DNA from: a virus | Taxonomy: Duplodnaviria > Caudoviricetes | IMG/VR virus record: IMGVR_UViG_3300014204_000014 | Coordinates: 12,851-76,850 of that record | Direction: 5' to 3' (one strand) | Length of the DNA stretch: 64,000 nt | Part shown: piece by piece, positions 48,169-56,267 of the stretch | Layout of the letters: each line of letters starts with the position of its first letter | How positions within the stretch are numbered: the first letter of the stretch is position 1 | Made by a program: the position numbers and the translations under genes | Notes under the pieces: model-generated | What the model was told of the DNA's origin: nothing | The model's input: the letters and a program-made list of their open reading frames with translations, nothing else | The model's database searches: none

Positions 48169-48771
48169 ATGACTATAAAAGAATTATTAGATTTAACAAT
48201 TCATGGAAATTGGATAACTTCAGGAAATGATGTCCAATACAAAATAGATAAAATTGATGATACTTTGTATATTGCTTTCCAATGGACCGTATCAAAAACT
48301 GATTGGAGGCAGAATTTTAAGTTTGTAATAAAGCCCTATCGCAATATGAAAGATTTATGGTTTGTGCATAAGGGCTTTATAGAGAATTATAAATCAGTCA
48401 GAGATGAAATATATGATAAAATAAAGTATTATGATTTTAATAGAATAGTTATTTTGGGTTATTCACATGGAGCGGCATTAGCAACTTTATGTTATGAGGA
48501 TTTGTATTATAATAATTTAGGCTGGAACATTACTGCTTATGTTTTTGGAAGCCCTAGAGTAGTTTGGTTTCCTAGTAAAAAGATTCGCTATAGATTTCAT
48601 AATTTATTTAATCATTTAGTAAGAGGCGATATTGTTACGAGGGTTCCATTTAATCTTTTAGGATATTTTCACGTTGGAAATAAAATTAGATTAGGGTCAT
48701 TTAAGCTGTTTGGATGGGTCAAGTACCATATGATAGAAACATACTATAATTTACTATCAGCGCGTGGATAA
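48169..48771 (+). CDS. Class 3 lipase-like alpha/beta hydrolase
   Basis: VHKGF, ILGYSHGAALA (GxSxG), FGSPRV, DIVTRVP, YFHVG, YH. Confidence 0.85.
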   Translation: MTIKELLDLTIHGNWITSGNDVQYKIDKIDDTLYIAFQWTVSKTDWRQNFKFVIKPYRNMKDLWFVHKGFIENYKSVRDEIYDKIKYYDFNRIVILGYSHGAALATLCYEDLYYNNLGWNITAYVFGSPRVVWFPSKKIRYRFHNLFNHLVRGDIVTRVPFNLLGYFHVGNKIRLGSFKLFGWVKYHMIETYYNLLSARG

Positions 48772-48982
48772 GGGTTTTATACGAAAACAGGGCTGGATAT
48801 ATGAAATTTCGTAGATTTTTATCAGTATAGAGGAGATTTTTAGGTGAGTATCGAAGCAGATTGTAAAAAGCTAGAAAGAATTATTTTAGAGCAAAATAAA
48901 GCTTATGCTAGACTGCTTCCTGCTAGATGGCCAATTATATTTGAAAGATTAGATATTGATGATATAAAAAAGGAGGAGATAA

Positions 48983-49303
48983 GTGCCGCTAACCAAAAAA
49001 GGTAAAAAGGTAAAGAAAGAATTTGAAAAGGAATATGGTAAAAAAGGTGAACAAGTATTTTATGCTACTGAGAATAAACGTAAAATGAAAGGCTTAGTCA
49101 AGAAAGGAAAAAAAGAAATGAATGAGTTAGACATGGAATTAAATATGCCTAACACGATTGGTTCTATGTTTTATGTATTGTTTGATGATGAAACGTGGAC
49201 ATGGGATGGATTGGCTAAGATTTTAGTTGAAAGATTTTCGCAGGAAGATATTGAGGGATTGATAAATTGCTTAAAAATGGAAGTAGAAGAAAATGGAATC
49301 TAA
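48983..49303 (+). CDS. Basic N-terminal domain protein (possible fusion of two small ORFs)
   Basis: GTG start after GGAGG; MPLTKKGKKVKKEFEKEYGKKGEQVFYA followed by an acidic domain with an internal ATG. Confidence 0.6.
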   Translation: MPLTKKGKKVKKEFEKEYGKKGEQVFYATENKRKMKGLVKKGKKEMNELDMELNMPNTIGSMFYVLFDDETWTWDGLAKILVERFSQEDIEGLINCLKMEVEENGI

Positions 49304-49968
49304 ATTATTAAAGTTATTAGAAGCATTATCACAGCAAGAAATAAAAAACGATTTATTGGATAAGCAGATTAAGGAAACGATTGACAAGAAATTAGAATAT
49401 ATAAACATAGAAGCAAGTTTAATGAATCAGCAGGAAGAATTAAAAAAGGAATTACATTGGTCATACGATAAGTTATCTGAGTATTTAAGGAAGGGAATAA
49501 AATGACTAGTACCACAGGAACAAGCATAGAGCAGTATTTGGAATGGGCAAGGAAGGAGATAGAAAAAAAGAATTATGGGGAAGTAAGTATTAATTTTATT
49601 ATAAATAATGGATTTGTAGTTGATGTTAAAAAGATTTCTATGGATCATGAGCATTATCAATTAAAGAAAAAGGAGTAAAATAAATTGCAAGAAGGCTGGC
49701 TATGCCCTAAATGTGGAAAGGTAAATTCACCTTATATTTCTCAATGTCCTTGTACTATAAATAATCCTATTGTTTATCCTAGTTTTCCTATATACCCAAC
49801 TTATCCTACTTGTCCACAGATTAGATATCCTCCTTATATTGTTACTTGTACTTGTCATGATCGAGAGGAACTGGTGAAATGCGTGGCTAAATAAAAGTTT
49901 ACTTTATTTTTTTTAAGATTTATTATATAATATATAGTATAAGCATTTAGTTCCGAACAGTAATCTGT

Positions 49969-50010
49969 AGGCAACTAGAATCCGAAAGGATTTTATAGTT
50001 GCCTTTTTTA
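49969..50010 (+). terminator. Terminator-like hairpin in the leader of the scaffold/capsid operon
   Basis: AGGCAACTA/TAGTTGCCT stem with inner AATCC-GAAA-GGATT and a T run, about 35 nt downstream of a TATAAT motif. Confidence 0.7.
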
Positions 50011-50032
50011 TTTGTATAAAAAGGAGAATAAA

Positions 50033-50275
50033 ATGGGTGGACCAGGAAGCGGAAGAAAGAAAGGTGGTGGGAAAAGCAATTCAAAAAAATTAGGGATGAT
50101 GAAAGAGAAATTTTATATTCCTAAAAAAGCAGTCACTAAAATTGGATTAGCTAGGGGATCTAAAAATAGTAAAATTTCCGCAAAAGTTTCAACTTCAAGG
50201 AAGTTAGGTGGAAAATCTTTTAAATCAAGTAAGATGGGCAAAGAATATAAATCAGATAGTAAGTTTAGAGTGTAA
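50033..50275 (+). CDS. Small basic MGGPGSGR-protein 4
   Basis: AAAAGGAG RBS before ATG 50033; MGGPGSGRKKGGGK. Confidence 0.8.
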   Translation: MGGPGSGRKKGGGKSNSKKLGMMKEKFYIPKKAVTKIGLARGSKNSKISAKVSTSRKLGGKSFKSSKMGKEYKSDSKFRV

Positions 50276-50288
50276 GGGAGAAAATTAA

Positions 50289-50564
50289 ATGGGAGCATTA
50301 CGGCAACGGAAATTGGATGCTCGGGCTAGAAGGCAGGAATCATTAAGAAACCAAGGAATGATTACTGCTGAAAAAACCATTATCCAAGCGCCTCAGCCAA
50401 AAGCATTAAAAAAGGAAGAAGTAATTAAGGTAAATAAAGTAGTTAAAAATAATGTAAAAGTACCTGAGAAGCGTGGCCCTGGCCGCCCGCCTAAATCAGT
50501 TGCTTCCAAAAACTTGAAGGGAATTAAAAAGACTTCAAAGGGCAAGGAGAAAAAGTATGCGTGA
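50289..50564 (+). CDS. Small basic protein with AT-hook-like motif
   Basis: KRGPGRPPK; very K/R-rich. Confidence 0.7.
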   Translation: MGALRQRKLDARARRQESLRNQGMITAEKTIIQAPQPKALKKEEVIKVNKVVKNNVKVPEKRGPGRPPKSVASKNLKGIKKTSKGKEKKYA

Positions 50565-51252
50565 TGTATCAAAAGTTAATCTTCAGTGGTTTGGTAAGGA
50601 CGATGAAGGGATTACTCTTGAACAGGTGAAAGCATTTATTGAAGCTAATAAGGAAAATCCTGACGTTGCTGAGTTTGTAGTTTCTGTTAGCGTAGATAAA
50701 CCATTAAATCCTGAATTGGTATCTGCATATTTGCAGACAACTGAAGGTAAAAATCTAATTCAGCCCATGATGGATCAGCGCGTAACAGACGCTATTAAAA
50801 CTCATGATGAAAAGGCCAAGCCTAAGATTGATGCGGCAATAAAATCTGGCATTGCGGCAGAGATGTTAAGGCTTAATCCTCAGGAGACTCCTGAACAGCG
50901 GCAAGTTCGAGAGCTAATGCAGAAACAAAAAGAAATGGAAGATGCTTGGGAAAATGATAAGCGGAATTCAAAGATTAAAGAGCTTGCTTTTAAGGAAGGG
51001 CTTGATCCTACATTTATTGAAGGCATTCCTTTCCCATCAGTTGAAGAGGCTACTTTATATATGCAGAGATATAAAGATCATTTTGGAAAATCGCTTGAGA
51101 AGGAATTAAATGAAAGATTAGCGACAAGTTCGTACAAGCCAAATAAGGGCGATGATAAAGACAAAAATAAGGTCGATCTTTCTAAATTATCTCAGGCTGA
51201 TCTTATTAGGATGGAGATGGATGGTAAACTTGATGATGCAATCGAAGGTTAA
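50557..51252 (+). CDS. Head scaffolding protein (DUF4355-like)
   Basis: NLQWFG start, MMDQRVTDAIKT, ETPEQR, helical; directly before the capsid gene. Confidence 0.8.
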   Translation: MRDVSKVNLQWFGKDDEGITLEQVKAFIEANKENPDVAEFVVSVSVDKPLNPELVSAYLQTTEGKNLIQPMMDQRVTDAIKTHDEKAKPKIDAAIKSGIAAEMLRLNPQETPEQRQVRELMQKQKEMEDAWENDKRNSKIKELAFKEGLDPTFIEGIPFPSVEEATLYMQRYKDHFGKSLEKELNERLATSSYKPNKGDDKDKNKVDLSKLSQADLIRMEMDGKLDDAIEG

Positions 51253-51276
51253 AATTTTTATTAAAGGAGAAAGAAT

Positions 51277-52149
51277 ATGGCTGGTTTAGAGAATTTTATT
51301 CCACAGATTTGGAGCGCTAAGCTTTTTGTTAGGCTCCGAAAGGCACTAGTTTTTGGCGATGTAGTTAATAATGATTATCAGGGTGAAATTACAGGTATGG
51401 GCGATACAGTAAAGATCAATGAAATTGGTCCTATTACTGTAAATGATTATACAAAGTATGGTTCCCTTACTTGGCAGGCTCTAACCTCTGCTCAGAAAAC
51501 ATTACTTATTGATCAGGCTAAATCTTTTAGCTTTGCAGTAGATGATGTTGATACTGTTCAGATGAATCCTAAGTTAATGAATGATGCGATGGATGAAGCT
51601 TCCTATGCAATTGCCGATACTATTGACCAGTTTATTGCTGGCCTTTATGCTCAGGCAGGTGCTACTCCTTCTGCTACTACCTATATTGGTTCTAGCGGTT
51701 CGAGCCTTTCCGTTTCATCTGGTAATGTAATTGAAACTTTATCTTATGCCGCTCGTTATCTTTCTGAAAAGAATGTTCCTGAAGCTGGGCGCTGGATTGT
51801 AATTCCTCCTTGGGTTCACCAGAAGCTTTTACTTGCAGAAGTTGGTGGAATTTCCGCTACTGCTGTTCCTAAGATTTCTACTGGTGAAGTTATTCCTGGC
51901 TACGTTGGTCAGGCATTAGGATTTGCTGAGATTCGTGTTTCCAATAATGTTTCTAATGATGCTACTCAGTATAGGGTGATGTGCGCGAATCGTTCCGCAA
52001 TTTCTTATGCTGGTCAGGTTTCAAAGATCAAGGCAGTTGAGCGAGAATCTTATTTTGATCAGGGCGTGAAGGGATTATATGTTTATGGAGCAAAGGTTGT
52101 TCGTCCTGAAGCCCTGCTAACATTATATCTTGCTGAAGCTGCGGGCTAA
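51277..52149 (+). CDS. Major capsid protein (P22 coat-like family)
   Basis: NFIPQIWSAKL, DYQGEI..GDTVKI, TLLIDQAKSFSF.VDD, GLYVYGAKVVRPEAL. Confidence 0.92.
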   Translation: MAGLENFIPQIWSAKLFVRLRKALVFGDVVNNDYQGEITGMGDTVKINEIGPITVNDYTKYGSLTWQALTSAQKTLLIDQAKSFSFAVDDVDTVQMNPKLMNDAMDEASYAIADTIDQFIAGLYAQAGATPSATTYIGSSGSSLSVSSGNVIETLSYAARYLSEKNVPEAGRWIVIPPWVHQKLLLAEVGGISATAVPKISTGEVIPGYVGQALGFAEIRVSNNVSNDATQYRVMCANRSAISYAGQVSKIKAVERESYFDQGVKGLYVYGAKVVRPEALLTLYLAEAAG

Positions 52150-52164
52150 GGGAGGGAGAATAAA

Positions 52165-52554
52165 ATGACTGCACGAACCTTAAAAATTACTACTCCTGTT
52201 ATTACTGGTACTGCTTATACTGCCGCTTCTGGCACTACCGCATCCAGCGATACCATGACAATTTCTGCTACCACTGCTCAGGGCGCAATTGATTTTGCTA
52301 CTTTAGTTATTCTTGTTGCTAACCCTAACAGCACTGAATCTGCCGTACTTACTCTTGCGGCTGGTACTGAATACTCTTCAATCGGCCAGGGTTCAAAGGC
52401 TATTACTGTTGCTACTGAAGCTACGGTAATAATTGGTGGCCAGGATTTTGAAGGTGCTAGGTTCTTATCCTCTGGTGATACTATTGTATTTACTCAGGCC
52501 GGAACTGGTCCCGTTACTTGGACTGCTTCTCAGGCTCCACGAGCCACTGAGTAA
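52165..52554 (+). CDS. Putative capsid decoration protein
   Basis: 129 aa, T/A-rich beta-type sequence, between capsid gene and terminator. Confidence 0.6.
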   Translation: MTARTLKITTPVITGTAYTAASGTTASSDTMTISATTAQGAIDFATLVILVANPNSTESAVLTLAAGTEYSSIGQGSKAITVATEATVIIGGQDFEGARFLSSGDTIVFTQAGTGPVTWTASQAPRATE

Positions 52555-52572
52555 TAGCTGAATAACTGAAAT

Positions 52573-52642
52573 AAAGGGCATGAGGAGAAATGAAAAATAG
52601 TTTTCTTTCTCATTATAAAATAAACCTCATGCCCTTTTATTT
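52573..52642 (+). terminator. Long stem-loop terminator after the capsid operon
   Basis: AAAGGGCATGAGG/CCTCATGCCCTTT followed by TATTT. Confidence 0.8.
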
Positions 52643-52668
52643 ACTGCTAATTTAAAAAGGAAAATAAG

Positions 52669-53208
52669 ATGAGCGTAACAAAATCATTTACTATAAATAG
52701 TCCTATAGATGATATTACAAATACGATTCCAACTATAGATATTGTTCATCATGAAATACATGAAGGTGAGCATTTTTTTACCTCTTACTATGAAAAAATA
52801 GGAGCAACTTCTGCTATAAATGTTTTAATTACAGTTGGTAGTAAGGACGTACATTTTGTAGGAGAAATTGTCTGTGATAATCCAGGAGTAGCTTATTTTT
52901 GTGAAAGTCCAAATGCGACTACATCTGATAGCTCAGTAATAGTTTCTTATAATAATTATCGTTCAAGCACAAAAACAGCTTCCGCTGTAACTACGGTTGG
53001 TGGGACATATACGAGTTCAGGTACAGTATTAAGGTATTATTTGATGGGGAGCGCGTCAGGTACTGGTGGGAACAAAGTATCAGTAGGAGCAACTGCTGGT
53101 GAAGTAAATGAAATTATATTAAAGCCAAGCACAAAATATCTATTAAGATTCGTTGCTGATGCTGCTTCAACTAGAACAATAATTAGAACGGCTTTTTACG
53201 AGGAATAA
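52669..53208 (+). CDS. Putative virion structural protein
   Basis: 179 aa, HHEIHEGEHF; S/T/G-rich; in the head-tail region. Confidence 0.55.
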   Translation: MSVTKSFTINSPIDDITNTIPTIDIVHHEIHEGEHFFTSYYEKIGATSAINVLITVGSKDVHFVGEIVCDNPGVAYFCESPNATTSDSSVIVSYNNYRSSTKTASAVTTVGGTYTSSGTVLRYYLMGSASGTGGNKVSVGATAGEVNEIILKPSTKYLLRFVADAASTRTIIRTAFYEE

Positions 53209-53213
53209 TTAAA

Positions 53214-53798
53214 ATGATTTGCACAGCTACACAGGTTACTTTATTTACCTCAATTACAGCCTCAGTAGCAACAATTATTTCTAAGGAAATGGTAGAAATA
53301 GTACAAGAAAGAATTTTATTGATTACTAATAATTATTTTACTTCAGAGGTTGTAGCCATTTGTGATACTGCTGATTTTAATGCTACGAATAGAACGATTA
53401 TATTGGATGGAAATAAATGGGAAGAGTTTGGATTTAAAGCTAATGATGATACGCTTATTTATCAAAGTTTAAGGAATGATAAAGTAGTTACTATTAGCTC
53501 TATTTCTGATTATACAGCAACTTTAACTTCGGCTTGTTCTGTAGTAGATGAAAGTTATTCTAGTAATGATGGGCCACTAATTTATTTCTTCATGGTCCAA
53601 TGGCCAATAGATATTCAGCATATTGCTTGTGATATGATTTATTTTGATAATGATGTTAGGAATAAAGTAGCTTCTAATATACGCTCAAGGAGCTTAGGGC
53701 CATTGAGTGAGAGCTACACAGTGGATAGTGATAAATTCGGCTATCCTGATTCTATATTAAAAAAGCTAGAAAAATATACTTTGGTGAGATTGAATTAA
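53214..53798 (+). CDS. Head-tail adaptor
   Basis: WPIDIQHIACDM, SRSLGPLSESY..., ILKKLEKY pattern of gp15/gp6-like adaptors; gene position. Confidence 0.65.
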   Translation: MICTATQVTLFTSITASVATIISKEMVEIVQERILLITNNYFTSEVVAICDTADFNATNRTIILDGNKWEEFGFKANDDTLIYQSLRNDKVVTISSISDYTATLTSACSVVDESYSSNDGPLIYFFMVQWPIDIQHIACDMIYFDNDVRNKVASNIRSRSLGPLSESYTVDSDKFGYPDSILKKLEKYTLVRLN

Positions 53799-53799
53799 A

Positions 53800-54156
53800 A
53801 TGGCTTTAAGGGATTGGCTTAATCTTGTCTCAGTTGTTTCGGTAATAAAAACTATTTCTACAGGCGATGGCATGGGAGGATTTTCTTCCACTTCATCTAC
53901 TACAGTTATTCCTTTGTGTGCTTTATGGCAAAACGGATCGTCTAATAAATACGCGGCTGATAAGTATGCTATGGAGTCCTCGCATACTTTAGCAATGGAA
54001 TACGGTGCATACAACTTTGGGACTATTGATGCTTCAGGTGGAAGTATAATCGAAGTTGTAACATATAATAATGAAACATATAAAGTAGTTGGATTCCAAA
54101 ATAATTATTTGGAATTAAATGAAATTGTTACTCAGCAATTAAGTAGGACATCATGA
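53800..54156 (+). CDS. Head closure / stopper protein
   Basis: DGMGG motif, length and position. Confidence 0.65.
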   Translation: MALRDWLNLVSVVSVIKTISTGDGMGGFSSTSSTTVIPLCALWQNGSSNKYAADKYAMESSHTLAMEYGAYNFGTIDASGGSIIEVVTYNNETYKVVGFQNNYLELNEIVTQQLSRTS

Positions 54157-54635
54157 CCAGAATAGATGTTAGCATGAAGTGGAATGGTCCTATAGTAAAA
54201 AAGCAAGGCAAAAAAGTTATAAATAAATCTGTGTATGAAACAGGATTGATTGTAGAATCAAAAGCTAAATTATTATGCGCTAGACGATATGGGTATTTAG
54301 CTGCAAGTATAAATACTCAATCAATAGAAAATGGAACTGAACTTGAATCCCCAGGTAAATATGCAAAAGAAAATCCTCCAGCAAAGCATAAAACTGAAAC
54401 ATTTGAAAAAGTAGAGAAGCCGCCTATAACGAATGAAACGTATGTGGGAACTCATGTGGATTATGGGCCTCATGTTGAATTCGGAACTATTTATCAAGAT
54501 GCACAGCCTTTTTTACGTCCCGCGCTAGAGTTGGCTAAAGGTAACGTTTTGGAAATTGTAAAAATAAATGGTAAAAGACATTTTTTAGGCTATCTTCTTG
54601 AGCATGAAAATTATCTAAGAAGTAGAGGATTATAA
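54153..54635 (+). CDS. Tail completion protein (HK97 gp10-like)
   Basis: GYLAASI, VDYGPHVEFGT, AQPFLRPA. Confidence 0.85.
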   Translation: MTRIDVSMKWNGPIVKKQGKKVINKSVYETGLIVESKAKLLCARRYGYLAASINTQSIENGTELESPGKYAKENPPAKHKTETFEKVEKPPITNETYVGTHVDYGPHVEFGTIYQDAQPFLRPALELAKGNVLEIVKINGKRHFLGYLLEHENYLRSRGL

Positions 54636-55060
54636 TGAGTCCTTCGCAAATGATCGGAGCGTTACTCAATGAAGCCTCTGCTATTACAAATATAGTTTCT
54701 ACTAGAATATATGGGGGATTAAAGCCGGGAGCCACTACAGTCCCAGCAACTTTTCCTGCAATAAACTATTTTGAATTAGCTGGAGGAAAAAAGATTTATG
54801 GTTTTTATTCACAAGCTTATTCTATAAATTGCAGAGCGGCCACAGCGGAGACAGCATTAAACCTAGCCAGAAAGGTTGATGACTTATTTAGCGGAACTAG
54901 TGGAATGGGAACTTATGGAGATGCTTCTAATGTATCGGTATTTGGTTTTGCTAGAGCGAGTACGAGACAAATGCAAGGATTAATCCCCGAGCCAGACGAG
55001 GGATTATATAATGCTCCTGTTGATGTTCAAGTAGTTTTTCCTGTATCAAGTATTAGTTAA
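54635..55060 (+). CDS. Tail terminator (DUF3168-like)
   Basis: IVSTRIYG..P...FPAINY; gene position. Confidence 0.7.
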   Translation: MSPSQMIGALLNEASAITNIVSTRIYGGLKPGATTVPATFPAINYFELAGGKKIYGFYSQAYSINCRAATAETALNLARKVDDLFSGTSGMGTYGDASNVSVFGFARASTRQMQGLIPEPDEGLYNAPVDVQVVFPVSSIS

Positions 55061-55080
55061 AATAAAAAGGAGAAAGAATT

Positions 55081-55620
55081 ATGCCTACTTATCAGAATGG
55101 AACGGTAACAGATGCGAAAGTTGAGATTGGTAACTATGCTATTTATGTAGGAACTGTAGGTGCTACTGCTGGTGCTATTGTAACAAACCTTGGTGCTGGT
55201 ATGGTAAAAAGTTTTGCTCATAATGCTGAGATGTTTACAGCTCAGGCAGGAAATGCTGTTGATCCTATTATGGGTGTTGCGCGCGAGACTTGCACGCTCG
55301 AAGTAGATTTAATTGAATATGATGGTTCTGCTTTTAGCGTATTTACTGGCGATATGTGGAATGGCACTTCAGGATCAATTTTAGTTGGTGGCCAAGTTTC
55401 CTCATTAGCTGGTGTAGGAATGAAGCTAGTAAATACCAGGAAATTAAATACTGGCTCTACGCAAACTACAACTTATCTTATTAGTAAGGCAGTGGCTGGC
55501 GGATTTACTATGAATCCAAAATCAGATAACGACGCCGACCCTGTTAACGTTTATTCCTTTAGTGTTATTTGCTATCAGTATGCAACTGCACAGACAATCT
55601 TTTCTAAGACGGTAGCGTAA
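55081..55620 (+). CDS. Major tail tube protein
   Basis: Position between terminator and chaperone; NLGAG, LEVDLIEY. Confidence 0.7.
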   Translation: MPTYQNGTVTDAKVEIGNYAIYVGTVGATAGAIVTNLGAGMVKSFAHNAEMFTAQAGNAVDPIMGVARETCTLEVDLIEYDGSAFSVFTGDMWNGTSGSILVGGQVSSLAGVGMKLVNTRKLNTGSTQTTTYLISKAVAGGFTMNPKSDNDADPVNVYSFSVICYQYATAQTIFSKTVA

Positions 55621-56001
55621 ATGAAAGTAGAAGATTTAGATGTTCTGCGTCCTGAGCCTAATTACATTAAAATAGGTGGCAAGGAAATAGATGTAAGTTT
55701 TATTCCTTGTGGAATTACTTTTGATATTGATACTATTTTGCAGGAATTAGGTACAATGACTCAGGAGGATATAAAAACCACTCCTGAGAAAACGAAAAGG
55801 GCATTTGAATTATCTATCGAATTATGTGCTACTTTTTGCAAACATAGTTATCCAGAGATGGATGAGGGATGGTTTTATAAAAATACTGATGCTCTGCAAG
55901 TCAAGGCATTTGCCGAATCAATAAAGGATGCTTTAACCAGAGCGTATGCAGGGATTGAGTCCTACCCAAACGCGAAAACGCCCAAGAAGAAAAGCCGATA
56001 G
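55621..56001 (+). CDS. Tail assembly chaperone (G)
   Basis: Position before tape measure; slippery site near the 3' end. Confidence 0.75.
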   Translation: MKVEDLDVLRPEPNYIKIGGKEIDVSFIPCGITFDIDTILQELGTMTQEDIKTTPEKTKRAFELSIELCATFCKHSYPEMDEGWFYKNTDALQVKAFAESIKDALTRAYAGIESYPNAKTPKKKSR

Positions 56002-56020
56002 TTCTTGGGCGTATTTTCGC
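55965..56020 (+). other. -1 programmed ribosomal frameshift site with stimulatory hairpin
   Basis: C CCA AAC (XXXYYYZ) at 55965-55971 in the chaperone frame; ACGCCCAAGAA/TTCTTGGGCGT stem 6 nt downstream; -1 frame is open into 56025-56267. Confidence 0.85.
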
Positions 56021-56024
56021 TGAA

Positions 56025-56267
56025 ATGGGTTTAATGTACGCATGGGCAACTAAGGAATATTTATTATGGAATATGACTATTGGCCAGATAGTTATGTACC
56101 TTAATAAAGGCATTGAAATAAAATTAGGCATAAATAATGATAAGAGTAATTTATCAAAAGATAATTTAGATGAATTAAAAAAGATTAGAGATGAAATGAA
56201 AGCTGAGGAAAATAAATCAAGTCAAATTGAAGAGATGAAACGAAAATATGGGGAGATAGAAAAATGA
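56025..56267 (+). CDS. Tail chaperone frameshift extension (T part of G-T)
   Basis: In -1 frame relative to 55621; WNMTIGQI resembles the usual MTxxQ motif. Confidence 0.7.
   Translation: MGLMYAWATKEYLLWNMTIGQIVMYLNKGIEIKLGINNDKSNLSKDNLDELKKIRDEMKAEENKSSQIEEMKRKYGEIEK

Noticed and set aside
44170-50060. GGTGGACCAGGAAG repeats as a CRISPR or mini-array
   Set aside because: Copies are kilobases apart, irregularly spaced and are coding starts with RBSs.
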